Program-made: the position numbers and the translations under genes
Notes under the pieces: model-generated
What the model was told of the DNA's origin: nothing
Databases searched by the model: none
What the model saw: only the letters and a program-made list of their open reading frames with translations
Shown here: in pieces, positions 18,114 through 26,151 of the stretch
How positions within the stretch are numbered: position 1 is the first letter of the stretch
Layout of the letters: each line of letters opens with the position of its first letter
DNA from: a virus
Lineage: Duplodnaviria; Caudoviricetes
Reading direction: 5' to 3' (one strand)
Length of the DNA: 41,619 bases
IMG/VR virus record: IMGVR_UViG_3300030372_004873
Span: 1 to 41,619 of that record

Positions 18114-18401
18114 AAGAGCCACGATACCTGGAAAGATATACAGTAAGCTCCCTTCGAGGGTCGTGGCTATAATAAAGTTTCTTCCGCCTTTTAAACTATG
18201 AGTATAATTCCAAGATTTTTGGAACGGACTTAATTTTATTTTATTACTTGTAATTACTTTTAGTTCCACCCAAATTGATATTCCATCTTTTATTCCATAA
18301 CAATCAGGAACGCCTGGACTCGCCCAATTCTCAAACCGAGTCCAAGTTATGTCAGATAAATTTTCTTTCACCTGATTCCAAAATTTACTCTCAGGTTTCA
18401 C
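17985..18401 (-). CDS. PD-(D/E)xK nuclease (VRR-NUC/Holliday junction resolvase-like)
   Basis: ESKFW...RFENWASPGVPDC...WVELK...LSPFQKSW; likely GTG start at 18401 overlapping the upstream TGA. Confidence 0.85.
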   Translation of the reverse strand: MKPESKFWNQVKENLSDITWTRFENWASPGVPDCYGIKDGISIWVELKVITSNKIKLSPFQKSWNYTHSLKGGRNFIIATTLEGSLLYIFPGIVALSIGSIAHCPSPNWQISMSPAPEGWDAVREVLLHCPLPKPSPA

Positions 18402-18562
18402 CCAAAAAACCATTTTAAAATTACAAAAATGGCTAGTGCATAAAGAACAAACTTACTACCACCAAAACACAAAGCCATAATTAAAAAATATTTTAAACTA
18501 AACTTATCTTGAGTTTCTACTTCACCTGGCAGATCATCCATAGGAATAAATTTATTTTTCAT
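18398..18562 (-). CDS. small membrane protein (54 aa, absent from the ORF track)
   Basis: MKNKFIPMDDLPGEVETQDKFSLKYFLIMALCFGGSKFVLYALAIFVILKWFFG; start and stop overlap the neighbours. Confidence 0.6.
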   Translation of the reverse strand: MKNKFIPMDDLPGEVETQDKFSLKYFLIMALCFGGSKFVLYALAIFVILKWFFG

Positions 18563-18732
18563 GGTACATTCCTCATCATATCTTGCAGCTTATGAAAATA
18601 AATTAACCTAAACTCAAAATCTTCTGCCATCAACATGGCTCTTTGTAACCATCCTACTCTATTCCAAAACAATACATCTGTCATAGGTAAAGATTCATAT
18701 TTTCCTATTTTTACAATAACTGTGCTGGTCAT
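18559..18732 (-). CDS. hypothetical protein (57 aa, absent from the ORF track)
   Basis: MTSTVIVKIGKYESLPMTDVLFWNRVGWLQRAML...; ATGA coupling; SD GGAGG. Confidence 0.65.
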   Translation of the reverse strand: MTSTVIVKIGKYESLPMTDVLFWNRVGWLQRAMLMAEDFEFRLIYFHKLQDMMRNVP

Positions 18733-18893
18733 TCTTCCTCCTGCAGTTTTACTTCTGTTTCAGTATCTTCATTAATAGCTTTATCAACAGGTAGCCCACC
18801 TATCTTGAGTATAGCTTCTTCTTTAGATTCAGCTTCAACATTTTTATAAATGTCTTTAGCTGTATATGTTTGTATAACTGTATATTTTTTCAT
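18729..18893 (-). CDS. hypothetical protein (54 aa, absent from the ORF track)
   Basis: MKKYTVIQTY...VEAESKEEA...; SD AAGGAG. Confidence 0.7.
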   Translation of the reverse strand: MKKYTVIQTYTAKDIYKNVEAESKEEAILKIGGLPVDKAINEDTETEVKLQEEE

Positions 18894-18911
18894 GTCTTTC
18901 TCCTTTTGTTA

Positions 18912-19100
18912 TGAGTGATTTAGGAACTCTATGGATCAAAAGATCATCGCCTTTGGTATCACTCAAACCTCAAAGACTGGCATATTTTATACCCACAATG
19001 TTAATTCATTGGGACAGGTATGTTTTTACATCTGGTAGCCTGTAGCGTTGACTAATAGCACTGAGTGCATCGCAACTTTTCATTATCAGAAACCAGTCTT
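18912..19100 (-). ncRNA. structured leader or small RNA (multi-branch domain plus hairpin)
   Basis: AAGACUGG (19100-19093) pairs with CCAGUCUU (18980-18973) around three internal stems; second stem UGAGUGAU/AUCACUCA (18965-58/18919-12); begins at the predicted transcription start. Confidence 0.55.
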
Positions 19101-19106
19101 ATATAC

Positions 19107-19135
19107 CCTATAATCCCATTATATTTTATAGTCAA
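19107..19135 (-). promoter_or_regulatory. sigma70-like promoter with ATGGGA box
   Basis: TTGACT-ataaaatataATGGGAt-TATAGG, 17-bp spacer, overlapping the terS stop. Confidence 0.6.
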
Positions 19136-19674
19136 GCCTTGTTTTCTATTTTAGGCATTTCTTTTATTTCTTCAAAATCAGTAGTAATACTGTATTGTTC
19201 TTTTAAATCCTGCAACTTTTTCTCTACTTCTTCCCTAGACATTGAATCAATAGTTCCAGTCAAGATCTCTTTCTTATCCACATACAACCCAGCAATTTGT
19301 CCTCTACGAGTCTCTGCAGCTACGGCGGCATTCCAATTACCAGATTCACTAGCCTTATCTCTAATTCTAGCTAATGTAGATAAAGACCTTTCTTGTGTAC
19401 ATTTATATCTTTCAACTATAGCTCTTCTCTCTGCTTCAATTGCTTTTGCAACCAAAGGATACTTCTGCGGGTTCTGCAGTTCAGACGCACGAACAACAGC
19501 AGAATCTTTTGCGTAACCTGCTTGTAATGCACAATGCGTAGCGGTATGCAAACCTTCTGAATGAACCAAAAGAAGAATAAATTTTCTTTGTTTACCTGTA
19601 ATTTTTCGGTGAAATAGAGCATCTGACAATGCTTCGGGTATTATAACCTCTTGGTTTTCTTTGTTTTCTTCCAT
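19132..19674 (-). CDS. terS: terminase small subunit
   Basis: ITGKQRKF...ATHCALQAGY..SA...ASEL HTH pattern and AAVAAETRRGQIAGLYVDKKE; start moved to MEENKE. Confidence 0.85.
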   Translation of the reverse strand: MEENKENQEVIIPEALSDALFHRKITGKQRKFILLLVHSEGLHTATHCALQAGYAKDSAVVRASELQNPQKYPLVAKAIEAERRAIVERYKCTQERSLSTLARIRDKASESGNWNAAVAAETRRGQIAGLYVDKKEILTGTIDSMSREEVEKKLQDLKEQYSITTDFEEIKEMPKIENKA

Positions 19675-19687
19675 AATGCACCTGTTA

Positions 19688-19903
19688 TATAGATGTTTCT
19701 TCCCAGAAATTATACAATATCTAATCACACAATGCAATGCGAGTTATGTTTGTAAATATAAAAAGGTAACTTCTGGTAACTTGTAAATAACTCTCTAAGT
19801 TACCTAAAAAGGTAGGAAATACAAGGGATGTAACTCGGTAACTTGGTAACTTCTATTTTCACGTATAAGAGATAAAATATTTATCTGAGTAAAAACATCT
19901 ATA
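19688..19903. repeat. iteron-like cluster (candidate replication origin or terminase site)
   Basis: GGTAACTT at 19765, 19775, 19837 and 19845, inverted at 19797, partial at 19830; flanked by the 11-bp inverted pair TATAGATGTTT (19688)/AAACATCTATA (19893). Confidence 0.75.
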
Positions 19904-19914
19904 GAAAAGGGTGT

Positions 19915-20115
19915 TTATGCAAAAAACTTTGGATCTTCTCTAACTAGTTTTAATAAATCATATAAATGAGCTGCACCTTCAGTGACAATAACTTCCCACT
20001 CCGTTTTTGTATAGGAGCGGTCGTGTTTAGAATCAAAAAATTTTATAGATACGTTCCCACATTTAGGACAACTAGATATTTTTCTTACTGGGCTGTTTGG
20101 GAGGGATATGGACAT
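19915..20115 (-). CDS. hypothetical protein with a CPKCG knuckle
   Basis: 66 aa; SD GAGG. Confidence 0.65.
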   Translation of the reverse strand: MSISLPNSPVRKISSCPKCGNVSIKFFDSKHDRSYTKTEWEVIVTEGAAHLYDLLKLVREDPKFFA

Positions 20116-20293
20116 GTAACCTCTTTACTTTGTGTAATGGAAATGGAATGACATTTTTAGGCAGACCTTGCTTAAAATATACATCATCCATTAATTTGAG
20201 AGTTTCTTTTCGTTCGTGTTCCGTGGTCCGAGCTGCAAGCAACTGGTCTATCATATCTCGTTGAGCGAGTAATTCTTTATTTGATCTAGCCAC
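20072..20293 (-). CDS. hypothetical protein
   Basis: 73 aa; GTG start with SD AAGGAGG; NVIPFP motif. Confidence 0.7.
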   Translation of the reverse strand: MARSNKELLAQRDMIDQLLAARTTEHERKETLKLMDDVYFKQGLPKNVIPFPLHKVKRLHVHIPPKQPSKKNI

Positions 20294-20312
20294 GTTAACC
20301 TCCTTTAGATAA

Positions 20313-20392
20313 CCCCCGTATGAGCGTAACTCTTAACGGGGGATATCGAAGTGAACGGGCGAAATTATAGCCTATTTTTGTAAAAAATGCAA
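20313..20392 (-). promoter_or_regulatory. sigma70-like promoter plus leader hairpin
   Basis: TTGCAT-17-TATAAT (20392-20364); CCCCCGT/ACGGGGG stem at 20313-20342 just before the SD. Confidence 0.65.
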
Positions 20393-20623
20393 TTAATCGA
20401 TATATATTTTATATTTTGTCAATGAATCAGTCTCTAAATGAAGTGGTCCATAATACCAAACAGGATTTCCATGTTCATCAACCCATACTTGATTATAATG
20501 TTTATCTTCTAATTCTCCCTCACTTTTACATGTTTTACACTGAAGAATTGATTCATCAGCTTCCCAATTATGACGTGTATACCCATTGCCTTTACACATT
20601 GGACAAATAACTTTTTTAACCAC
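20393..20623 (-). CDS. DnaJ-type zinc-finger protein
   Basis: CPMCKGNG...CKTCKSEG (CxxCxGxG pattern). Confidence 0.75.
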   Translation of the reverse strand: MVKKVICPMCKGNGYTRHNWEADESILQCKTCKSEGELEDKHYNQVWVDEHGNPVWYYGPLHLETDSLTKYKIYID

Positions 20624-20774
20624 CGTATCTCCTCCAAATAATTCTATTCAATCTTTCCCAATGAGTCCTATCTTCTACTTCTTTCCAGGTCCGTGGGCTA
20701 CGAAGCGCAATTTTACCAACACGCTCCCTTTCTTGTCGTAATCTTTTCTCTAAAAGTGATTTCTTGCGATCCAT
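20616..20774 (-). CDS. small basic protein (52 aa, absent from the ORF track)
   Basis: MDRKKSLLEKRLRQERERVGKIALRSPRTWKEVEDRTHWERLNRIIWRRYGG; SD GAGGAG; fills the gap in the operon. Confidence 0.65.
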   Translation of the reverse strand: MDRKKSLLEKRLRQERERVGKIALRSPRTWKEVEDRTHWERLNRIIWRRYGG

Positions 20775-20932
20775 TCTCCTCTTCCTTCACTATCAGTTGA
20801 TTGTCGAATATAATAGTTACGTTGCTCTTCTAGTTCTATTTCATGGCGTCTGTTTTTTTTATAACGGCCATATACAAAACCTAAAATCAAACCAGATAAG
20901 AGTCCAATAATCATCATGCTGCTGTGTTCCAT
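20750..20932 (-). CDS. small single-pass membrane protein
   Basis: 60 aa; N-terminal hydrophobic helix followed by basic residues; SD AAGGAG. Confidence 0.65.
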   Translation of the reverse strand: MEHSSMMIIGLLSGLILGFVYGRYKKNRRHEIELEEQRNYYIRQSTDSEGRGEWIARNHF

Positions 20933-21072
20933 TCTTTTCTCCTTTCTTCCTCAAGATTAAAACATCGAATGCATAACCATGTAATAATGTTGCCACTATT
21001 TATTTGCATCATATTTTCTTTTAAATATTCTTTATGACAACAATGACAACTTTCTTTCTTACTCCACAACAT
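20914..21072 (-). CDS. small zinc-binding protein (52 aa, absent from the ORF track)
   Basis: MLWSKKESCHCCHKEY...WLCIRCF; TAATG coupling to the upstream gene. Confidence 0.6.
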   Translation of the reverse strand: MLWSKKESCHCCHKEYLKENMMQINSGNIITWLCIRCFNLEEERRKEWNTAA

Positions 21073-21224
21073 TACGCAATTTTTCTTTTTTGTCTTCTAG
21101 TTTCTTTTTCAACTAACTCAGTAATTTGCATACCCACAGACCTATTCTGTTTATCCGCTAATGTTTTTAATTTATCATAAGTATCTTTGCGCACGGCAAC
21201 AGATTTAAATTTCAAAATGTTCAT
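21072..21224 (-). CDS. ribbon-helix-helix (Arc/CopG-like) DNA-binding protein (50 aa, absent from the ORF track)
   Basis: MNILKFKSVAVRKDTYDKLKTLADKQNRSVGMQITELVEKE...: beta strand, helix, NRS turn, helix. Confidence 0.75.
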   Translation of the reverse strand: MNILKFKSVAVRKDTYDKLKTLADKQNRSVGMQITELVEKETRRQKRKIA

Positions 21225-21511
21225 CCTGTTTTCCTTTCAAAAGGTTCATTGTGTATTAATAATTCTTGATCACCAAAATCAAAAGTTGATTGTTTTGGGT
21301 CGTGAGCCACGGTCGGTGTAAATTTTCGTCCGCAATTTTTAGCCAGGTCCATCCATTGTTTCGCCGCATCTAAATAAAAAGTATACATTGTAGTATCACC
21401 TAATTGTTTAGCATCAGCAGCTCTTCTGTAACAATCCTTGGCACGTGTTAAACGCACACCAAGACGAAATCCCTCTTTGAATGTCGTCTCGTAATCTGTT
21501 TTTAAAATCAT
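21221..21511 (-). CDS. hypothetical protein (96 aa; start corrected from 21583)
   Basis: SD AAGGAG precedes MILKTDYE; the upstream extension overlaps a structured RNA. Confidence 0.7.
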   Translation of the reverse strand: MILKTDYETTFKEGFRLGVRLTRAKDCYRRAADAKQLGDTTMYTFYLDAAKQWMDLAKNCGRKFTPTVAHDPKQSTFDFGDQELLIHNEPFERKTG

Positions 21512-21530
21512 ATCTTTCTCCTTCTTGTTT

Positions 21531-21717
21531 GTGAGTAGGGGGATTCTTTGACTACCCCCAACCTTTTCCCGACAAATCAACATTTCCTAAATGTTAACAA
21601 GTACTTCAGTACCACCCTCTGACACTTCAAGGCATTCGCCTCATATCGATCATCAAGTGTGCCTTACTACTTTGTGACAGTTGTTCAGCCATACTCGGAG
21701 AATGTTGCACCATTCTC
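21531..21717 (-). ncRNA. highly structured RNA, manA-motif-like
   Basis: Terminal stem GAGUA/UACUC; internal stems ACACUU/AAGUGU, GAGGC/GCCUU, GUAC/GUAC, UUAACAUUU/AAAUGUUGA and GGGGG/CCCCC; 5' hairpin GAGAAUG/CAUUCUC; own promoter. Family assignment is from memory only. Confidence 0.65.
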
Positions 21718-21722
21718 ATTTA

Positions 21723-21756
21723 ATGGGATAATATAAGATTAGGCTTTAGTTGTCAA
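21723..21756 (-). promoter_or_regulatory. near-consensus sigma70 promoter with inverted ATGGGA box
   Basis: TTGACA-17-TATTAT with TCCCAT overlapping the end of the -10. Confidence 0.75.
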
Positions 21757-22287
21757 ATGAAAAATATTGGGATATTCCTTGAGTAATCCTCCCATAGTAT
21801 TAAGGATTTTATCCACATAATAAGGATCCAAAGCATAATCTTCCAACGTTTTCACAATAGCCACGGGATCTACTTCTCCACTAATCCACTGTTTAAGTAA
21901 AAGTTCTTGGTAATCTTTAAAATTAGAATGTGTATTTAACACTTTAATATAATCAGCAACCGATTCACATTTTCTTCCATATGTTCGAATCATAATGTCA
22001 GAATTACCTAATGCTTTTAAATGTGGTGAGGTCGGATCTGTTTCAATAATACCATAAAAATTATTTCCTTCTCTAGCAAAACGAGATTCACCCCAATCTG
22101 ATTCTAATACAGCTTGTGCTGCACTAATTAAAATAACAACACGTTCGGTTGGAGGAATAAATGTATTTGCTAATAAAGTACAGTCAACAATGCCTTGAAC
22201 AAATTCTTTTTTATTTGAATATTCAAAATCAAAATTATTAAATGTTGTTTGGCAAAACAAGAATAATGTTAAACATAAAGATTTCAT
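21739..22287 (-). CDS. glucosaminidase (GH73/Bax-like) with N-terminal signal-like segment
   Basis: AQAVLESDWGESRFAREGNNFYGI...SVADYIKVLNTH...YALDPYY. Confidence 0.85.
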   Translation of the reverse strand: MKSLCLTLFLFCQTTFNNFDFEYSNKKEFVQGIVDCTLLANTFIPPTERVVILISAAQAVLESDWGESRFAREGNNFYGIIETDPTSPHLKALGNSDIMIRTYGRKCESVADYIKVLNTHSNFKDYQELLLKQWISGEVDPVAIVKTLEDYALDPYYVDKILNTMGGLLKEYPNIFHLTTKA

Positions 22288-24164
22288 TATTCACCTGCAA
22301 CTCCCCAGTTCTTTCCACATTCAATATCAACTTTACTAGGGACCGATAATTCTACACAATTTTCCATAATGTCTTTTATTTTATTCTTATCTTTGTCGCT
22401 TGCAACAGAAAAATCTAATTCATCATGAACTTGTATGTGTGCTAAATATCCTTCTTTATATAATTCAAGCATAGCTTTTTTAGTTTGATCAGCAGCTGAT
22501 CCTTGTATTAATCTATTTAATGCTTTGTAAGTCCAGGCACGTTTAATAAAACTTTCACCATATTCTCTTTGAGCTTCTTTTAAAGGTAAAGCTTTAGAGC
22601 CCCATTCATTTGATGGTTCCCATAAATCAAAACGACAACGCCTACCTAATAATGTAGAGAGATAACCTTTTTTACTTGCTTTGTTCATTGTATCATTCAT
22701 TAATTGTTTAACAAAAGGTACTCGTTCATGGTATCCTGTTAAAAGATCTGTGGCTGTTTCTAGGTCTACACCTAGTTGAGACATCAATTTACCCTTTCCC
22801 ATACCATAAAATAAACCTAGATTTATGGTCTTTGCTTGTTTTCGGGGTATATCAGCCATCTCAGCGACTAATTGATGAAAGTCGGTACTTTCCTCCTCTT
22901 GGTACGCTTCAACGAATTTAGAAGCACCTGAGAAGGTTTTCATGGATGCATAATGAACCACGAGCCGTGGTTCTTGTTGCGAGTAATCAAAAATACCCCA
23001 CTCACAATCTTTTTCCGGAATAAATAAAGATCTAATTAATGGTCCCAGGATAGCGTTCCTTGCAGGAATTTGTTGTAAATTGGGATTAGAGTAACTAAAT
23101 CTACCTGTTACCGTTCCTCCCTGGTCCGATCGCATTTGGTGTATTTCAGCATGAATCCGTCCACGGTGCGAATGCTTGGTGATACTTTCAATAAAGGTGG
23201 TTCTCGCTTTATTAATTTCCCTGGCTTCAACAACCATCTTTGCCAAAGGAGAATCATGACTTGCCAAAAAGTTTTTATCAAATTTTGGTTGACCTGTTGG
23301 TGTGCGGTCATAAGAAATTTTAAGTGATTCAAATGCTTTCGCCACTGAAGCTGCTGCCCAGACTTCCACATCGCAATTTGTGAGTTTTTTAATTGAACGT
23401 AAGATTTTATTTTCTTGAGATTGTAAATCATTTTTAATTACCTCCGCTTTTTCTAAATCAACCCGTACCCCCTTTTGTTTCATTTTAAAGAGAACCGGAA
23501 AAAGATCTGTTTCTAGTTCAAAAATATTTATTAAATTTTGTGCGGTTATTTCCTTTTTTAAATGATGCCATAAGCGTAGCGTTACAGCTGCGTCTTGCTC
23601 TGCGTATTCTCCTACATGTGAGGCAGGAAGCTTCCATAATTCTCCTTTAGGATCTAATCCCCACATTTTAGCTGCCTCGTAGAGTTGGGTTTCCGACTTT
23701 GACTCTTGTAGATAATCCTTTCCTAATGAGTTTAGATCAAAACGAAACCTGTTCTCGTCTACCAGAGGAGCAGCAATTAGAGTGTCTATTATTTTTCCCT
23801 TAATGTCAATATCCATCGTCGTTAACCAACCCACATCATAAAAAGCGTTATGAAAAATATAGTTTATATTCTCATAAGAACATTGTTTTCTAAGCCACCT
23901 GGTAACTAATTCTTTATCCATATTGGGCGGTGTTTCGTGGGCAATGGGGTAATATCCTTGCCATCCGTCGACCGCAACAGCAATACCTACTACTTCGCCG
24001 TGCTTACGAATATATCCAGGACCAGTAGACTTAATTCCTGGGTCCTTAGTTTCTAAATCAATAGCTATTTCGTCATACTCAGATAAATCAGGAAAAGTGT
24101 CTGGTTGTACCCATTCACTAGGCATGCGGTGTACTTTAGGAAACCAATTAGGTTGGTCTTTCAT
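22287..24164 (-). CDS. polA: DNA polymerase family A with 3'-5' exonuclease
   Basis: Exo motifs DLET, HNAFYD and YAEQDA; motif A DYSQQEPR, motif B KTINLGLFYG, motif C VHDE. Confidence 0.95.
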   Translation of the reverse strand: MKDQPNWFPKVHRMPSEWVQPDTFPDLSEYDEIAIDLETKDPGIKSTGPGYIRKHGEVVGIAVAVDGWQGYYPIAHETPPNMDKELVTRWLRKQCSYENINYIFHNAFYDVGWLTTMDIDIKGKIIDTLIAAPLVDENRFRFDLNSLGKDYLQESKSETQLYEAAKMWGLDPKGELWKLPASHVGEYAEQDAAVTLRLWHHLKKEITAQNLINIFELETDLFPVLFKMKQKGVRVDLEKAEVIKNDLQSQENKILRSIKKLTNCDVEVWAAASVAKAFESLKISYDRTPTGQPKFDKNFLASHDSPLAKMVVEAREINKARTTFIESITKHSHRGRIHAEIHQMRSDQGGTVTGRFSYSNPNLQQIPARNAILGPLIRSLFIPEKDCEWGIFDYSQQEPRLVVHYASMKTFSGASKFVEAYQEEESTDFHQLVAEMADIPRKQAKTINLGLFYGMGKGKLMSQLGVDLETATDLLTGYHERVPFVKQLMNDTMNKASKKGYLSTLLGRRCRFDLWEPSNEWGSKALPLKEAQREYGESFIKRAWTYKALNRLIQGSAADQTKKAMLELYKEGYLAHIQVHDELDFSVASDKDKNKIKDIMENCVELSVPSKVDIECGKNWGVAGE

Positions 24165-24523
24165 TTTTTCTTCTCCTGTTTTTTATTTAATTCTTTAATT
24201 CTTTCAGAAGTCATTCTTCCTCTCCTTTCCCCTTCTGATTCAAAAGAAATATTTTTTTTATTTGTTCTTGCTTCTATTTCTCCAGCAATTGCTGCGTAAG
24301 CCGCCATATCAATATAACTATCTTTTTTATGTTGGTTCATGAGCCGTGCTACTTTAACCAATGCCATACATATCGCCACATCGTGCGCTGTAATTTTTTT
24401 TTCTAAAAAGACAGACCATAAGTCAGCAATGTTTTGATGATTTTTTAATTTATCACCGTACTCTTCTTGACGATCACCACTAATTAATTTTTTAGCTTCA
24501 TCAAGTAATTCTTTACAAATCAT
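24161..24523 (-). CDS. DUF6378-like protein
   Basis: GDRQEEYGD...NIADLWS...KVARL...DSYIDMAAYAA. Confidence 0.75.
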   Translation of the reverse strand: MICKELLDEAKKLISGDRQEEYGDKLKNHQNIADLWSVFLEKKITAHDVAICMALVKVARLMNQHKKDSYIDMAAYAAIAGEIEARTNKKNISFESEGERRGRMTSERIKELNKKQEKKK

Positions 24524-26151
24524 GCACAGTTCCTTTCATGAAAAAATATAGGTTCATATTCGTACTGTCCTTCTGTTCGATGAACAATATGTAATTCTTT
24601 CTTCGCTCTCGTAGCTCCTACATAAAAAACTCTTGCTTCATCATCCCGTCCTTGTTGATTAGCTGTAGAAGATTTGTAAGGACCAAAAGATAAATCAGTA
24701 ATTAACATTACATTATCTCTTTCCCCTCCTTTACTGGCATGAATAGTAGAAACTTCAATACGAGGAATAGCATCTAGTTTATTTCCTGAACGCATTATAG
24801 ATCTTAAATAATTTATTCTTCTTTTAAAACCTTTTGCGTTTAACATATCATACCAGGCTATCTCTTTCACACTTACTTCTTTATCTTGCGATAACTTAAT
24901 AGTTTCTCTTAACCCATATTCTTTAATAAGCAAATCTAAATTAAACATTTGTTCTGGTTGTCCTTTAAATACACCATAATTTCTTTTTATTCTGGTGCTA
25001 TCCATATAATTATAAAGAGTATCACAATGTACTCCTGAAATTTCTTTTCCATTTTGAAGAGATGTCCATGCTCTAATAGCTTCGATGTATTTAAAATTAA
25101 TTACAGACTGTCCATAACGTTTATATAACCATCCATATATTTCTAAAGATTCACATACTTGCTTTACAATTTCGTGCGTCCTACATAAAATTAACCAATT
25201 ACCTTCTTTAAGTCCTTTGTTTAAAGGTCTGATATTTAAGACTTTTCTTATCCCCTCTTCTTCTCTCGGATTATATTCTTTTGGGATACGCTGGGATATT
25301 GACTGTGCTAATTTTGTGGCAAGTGTGTGTACACTAATTGGAATACGATAAGATTGTGTTAAAGGAATAATAGTATTATTTGAATCATGAGCCATATCTA
25401 TAAAGTGCTCAATGTCAGCTCCTGCCCATCTAAAAATAGCCTGGTCATCATCTCCAGCTACATAAGTTTCTAATGCTCCAGATTCTTCCTGTAACATGTC
25501 TACAATTCTCCATTGTTGTTTGGATAGATCTTGAGCCTCATCTATAAATAAATATTTTAATCTAGGAGAATTTCTTTTTTTTAAAAATTGAATAAAGTAA
25601 TCAACGTATTCAAACTTATCTCTATCTTCTTTAAATTTACGAAGATCTAAATCCATTTGTTCAATCATGTTCCGTGCGCCGTAGTTATTGAGTGTGGTAT
25701 CACGAAAAACTTTTATTAAACGATCGTCATCATCAGGATACTTTGCGTAGGCTAAATTAATAAGATCCTGGTATTCACTTTTAGCTGTTGGCATAGATAT
25801 ATCTACACCATTTCCTTTTTTCATTTTATTAACATATTCATGTCCCGTGAGCCGTGATAAATCTTCATAATCATGATCATCCATAATTTGCGATTGTTTT
25901 AACTGAAGCTGTCTATAAGCTAATGAATGTAAAGTACAGAAGTAAGGATACTCTTGTTTCAATTCATCTTTCGTATAAGAACTATCATTAACTACACGGT
26001 CTCTAATTTCTTCTGCAGCTTTAACAGTAAAACTAAAATACCCAATCTCTCTAGGAGAACAAATGTTATTTTTTACTAACTCATTTACCTTGTTTTTTAA
26101 AAAAGTTGTTTTACCTGTACCTGGAGGACCTATAACAATATGTCTATGCAT
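24520..26151 (-). CDS. UvrD/Rep-like superfamily 1 helicase
   Basis: GPPGTGKT, TLHS, DEAQD, GDDDQAIF, QSYR, STIHASKGGE and YVGATRAK. Confidence 0.93.
   Translation of the reverse strand: MHRHIVIGPPGTGKTTFLKNKVNELVKNNICSPREIGYFSFTVKAAEEIRDRVVNDSSYTKDELKQEYPYFCTLHSLAYRQLQLKQSQIMDDHDYEDLSRLTGHEYVNKMKKGNGVDISMPTAKSEYQDLINLAYAKYPDDDDRLIKVFRDTTLNNYGARNMIEQMDLDLRKFKEDRDKFEYVDYFIQFLKKRNSPRLKYLFIDEAQDLSKQQWRIVDMLQEESGALETYVAGDDDQAIFRWAGADIEHFIDMAHDSNNTIIPLTQSYRIPISVHTLATKLAQSISQRIPKEYNPREEEGIRKVLNIRPLNKGLKEGNWLILCRTHEIVKQVCESLEIYGWLYKRYGQSVINFKYIEAIRAWTSLQNGKEISGVHCDTLYNYMDSTRIKRNYGVFKGQPEQMFNLDLLIKEYGLRETIKLSQDKEVSVKEIAWYDMLNAKGFKRRINYLRSIMRSGNKLDAIPRIEVSTIHASKGGERDNVMLITDLSFGPYKSSTANQQGRDDEARVFYVGATRAKKELHIVHRTEGQYEYEPIFFHERNCA

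Noticed and set aside
17620-18201. ORFs 17662..18201 (+) and 17620..17973 (-) as proteins
   Set aside because: They are probably by-products of GC-rich repeats with few stop codons; the recurring GNGQW and HCPL peptides mirror the DNA motif, and there is no convincing SD
21512-21583. N-terminal 24 codons of the 120-aa ORF in the track
   Set aside because: They overlap the structured RNA, and a strong SD lies before the ATG at 21511
18912-21717. tRNA genes in the structured intergenic regions
   Set aside because: No T-loop GTTCRA, D-loop or 7-bp acceptor geometry was found
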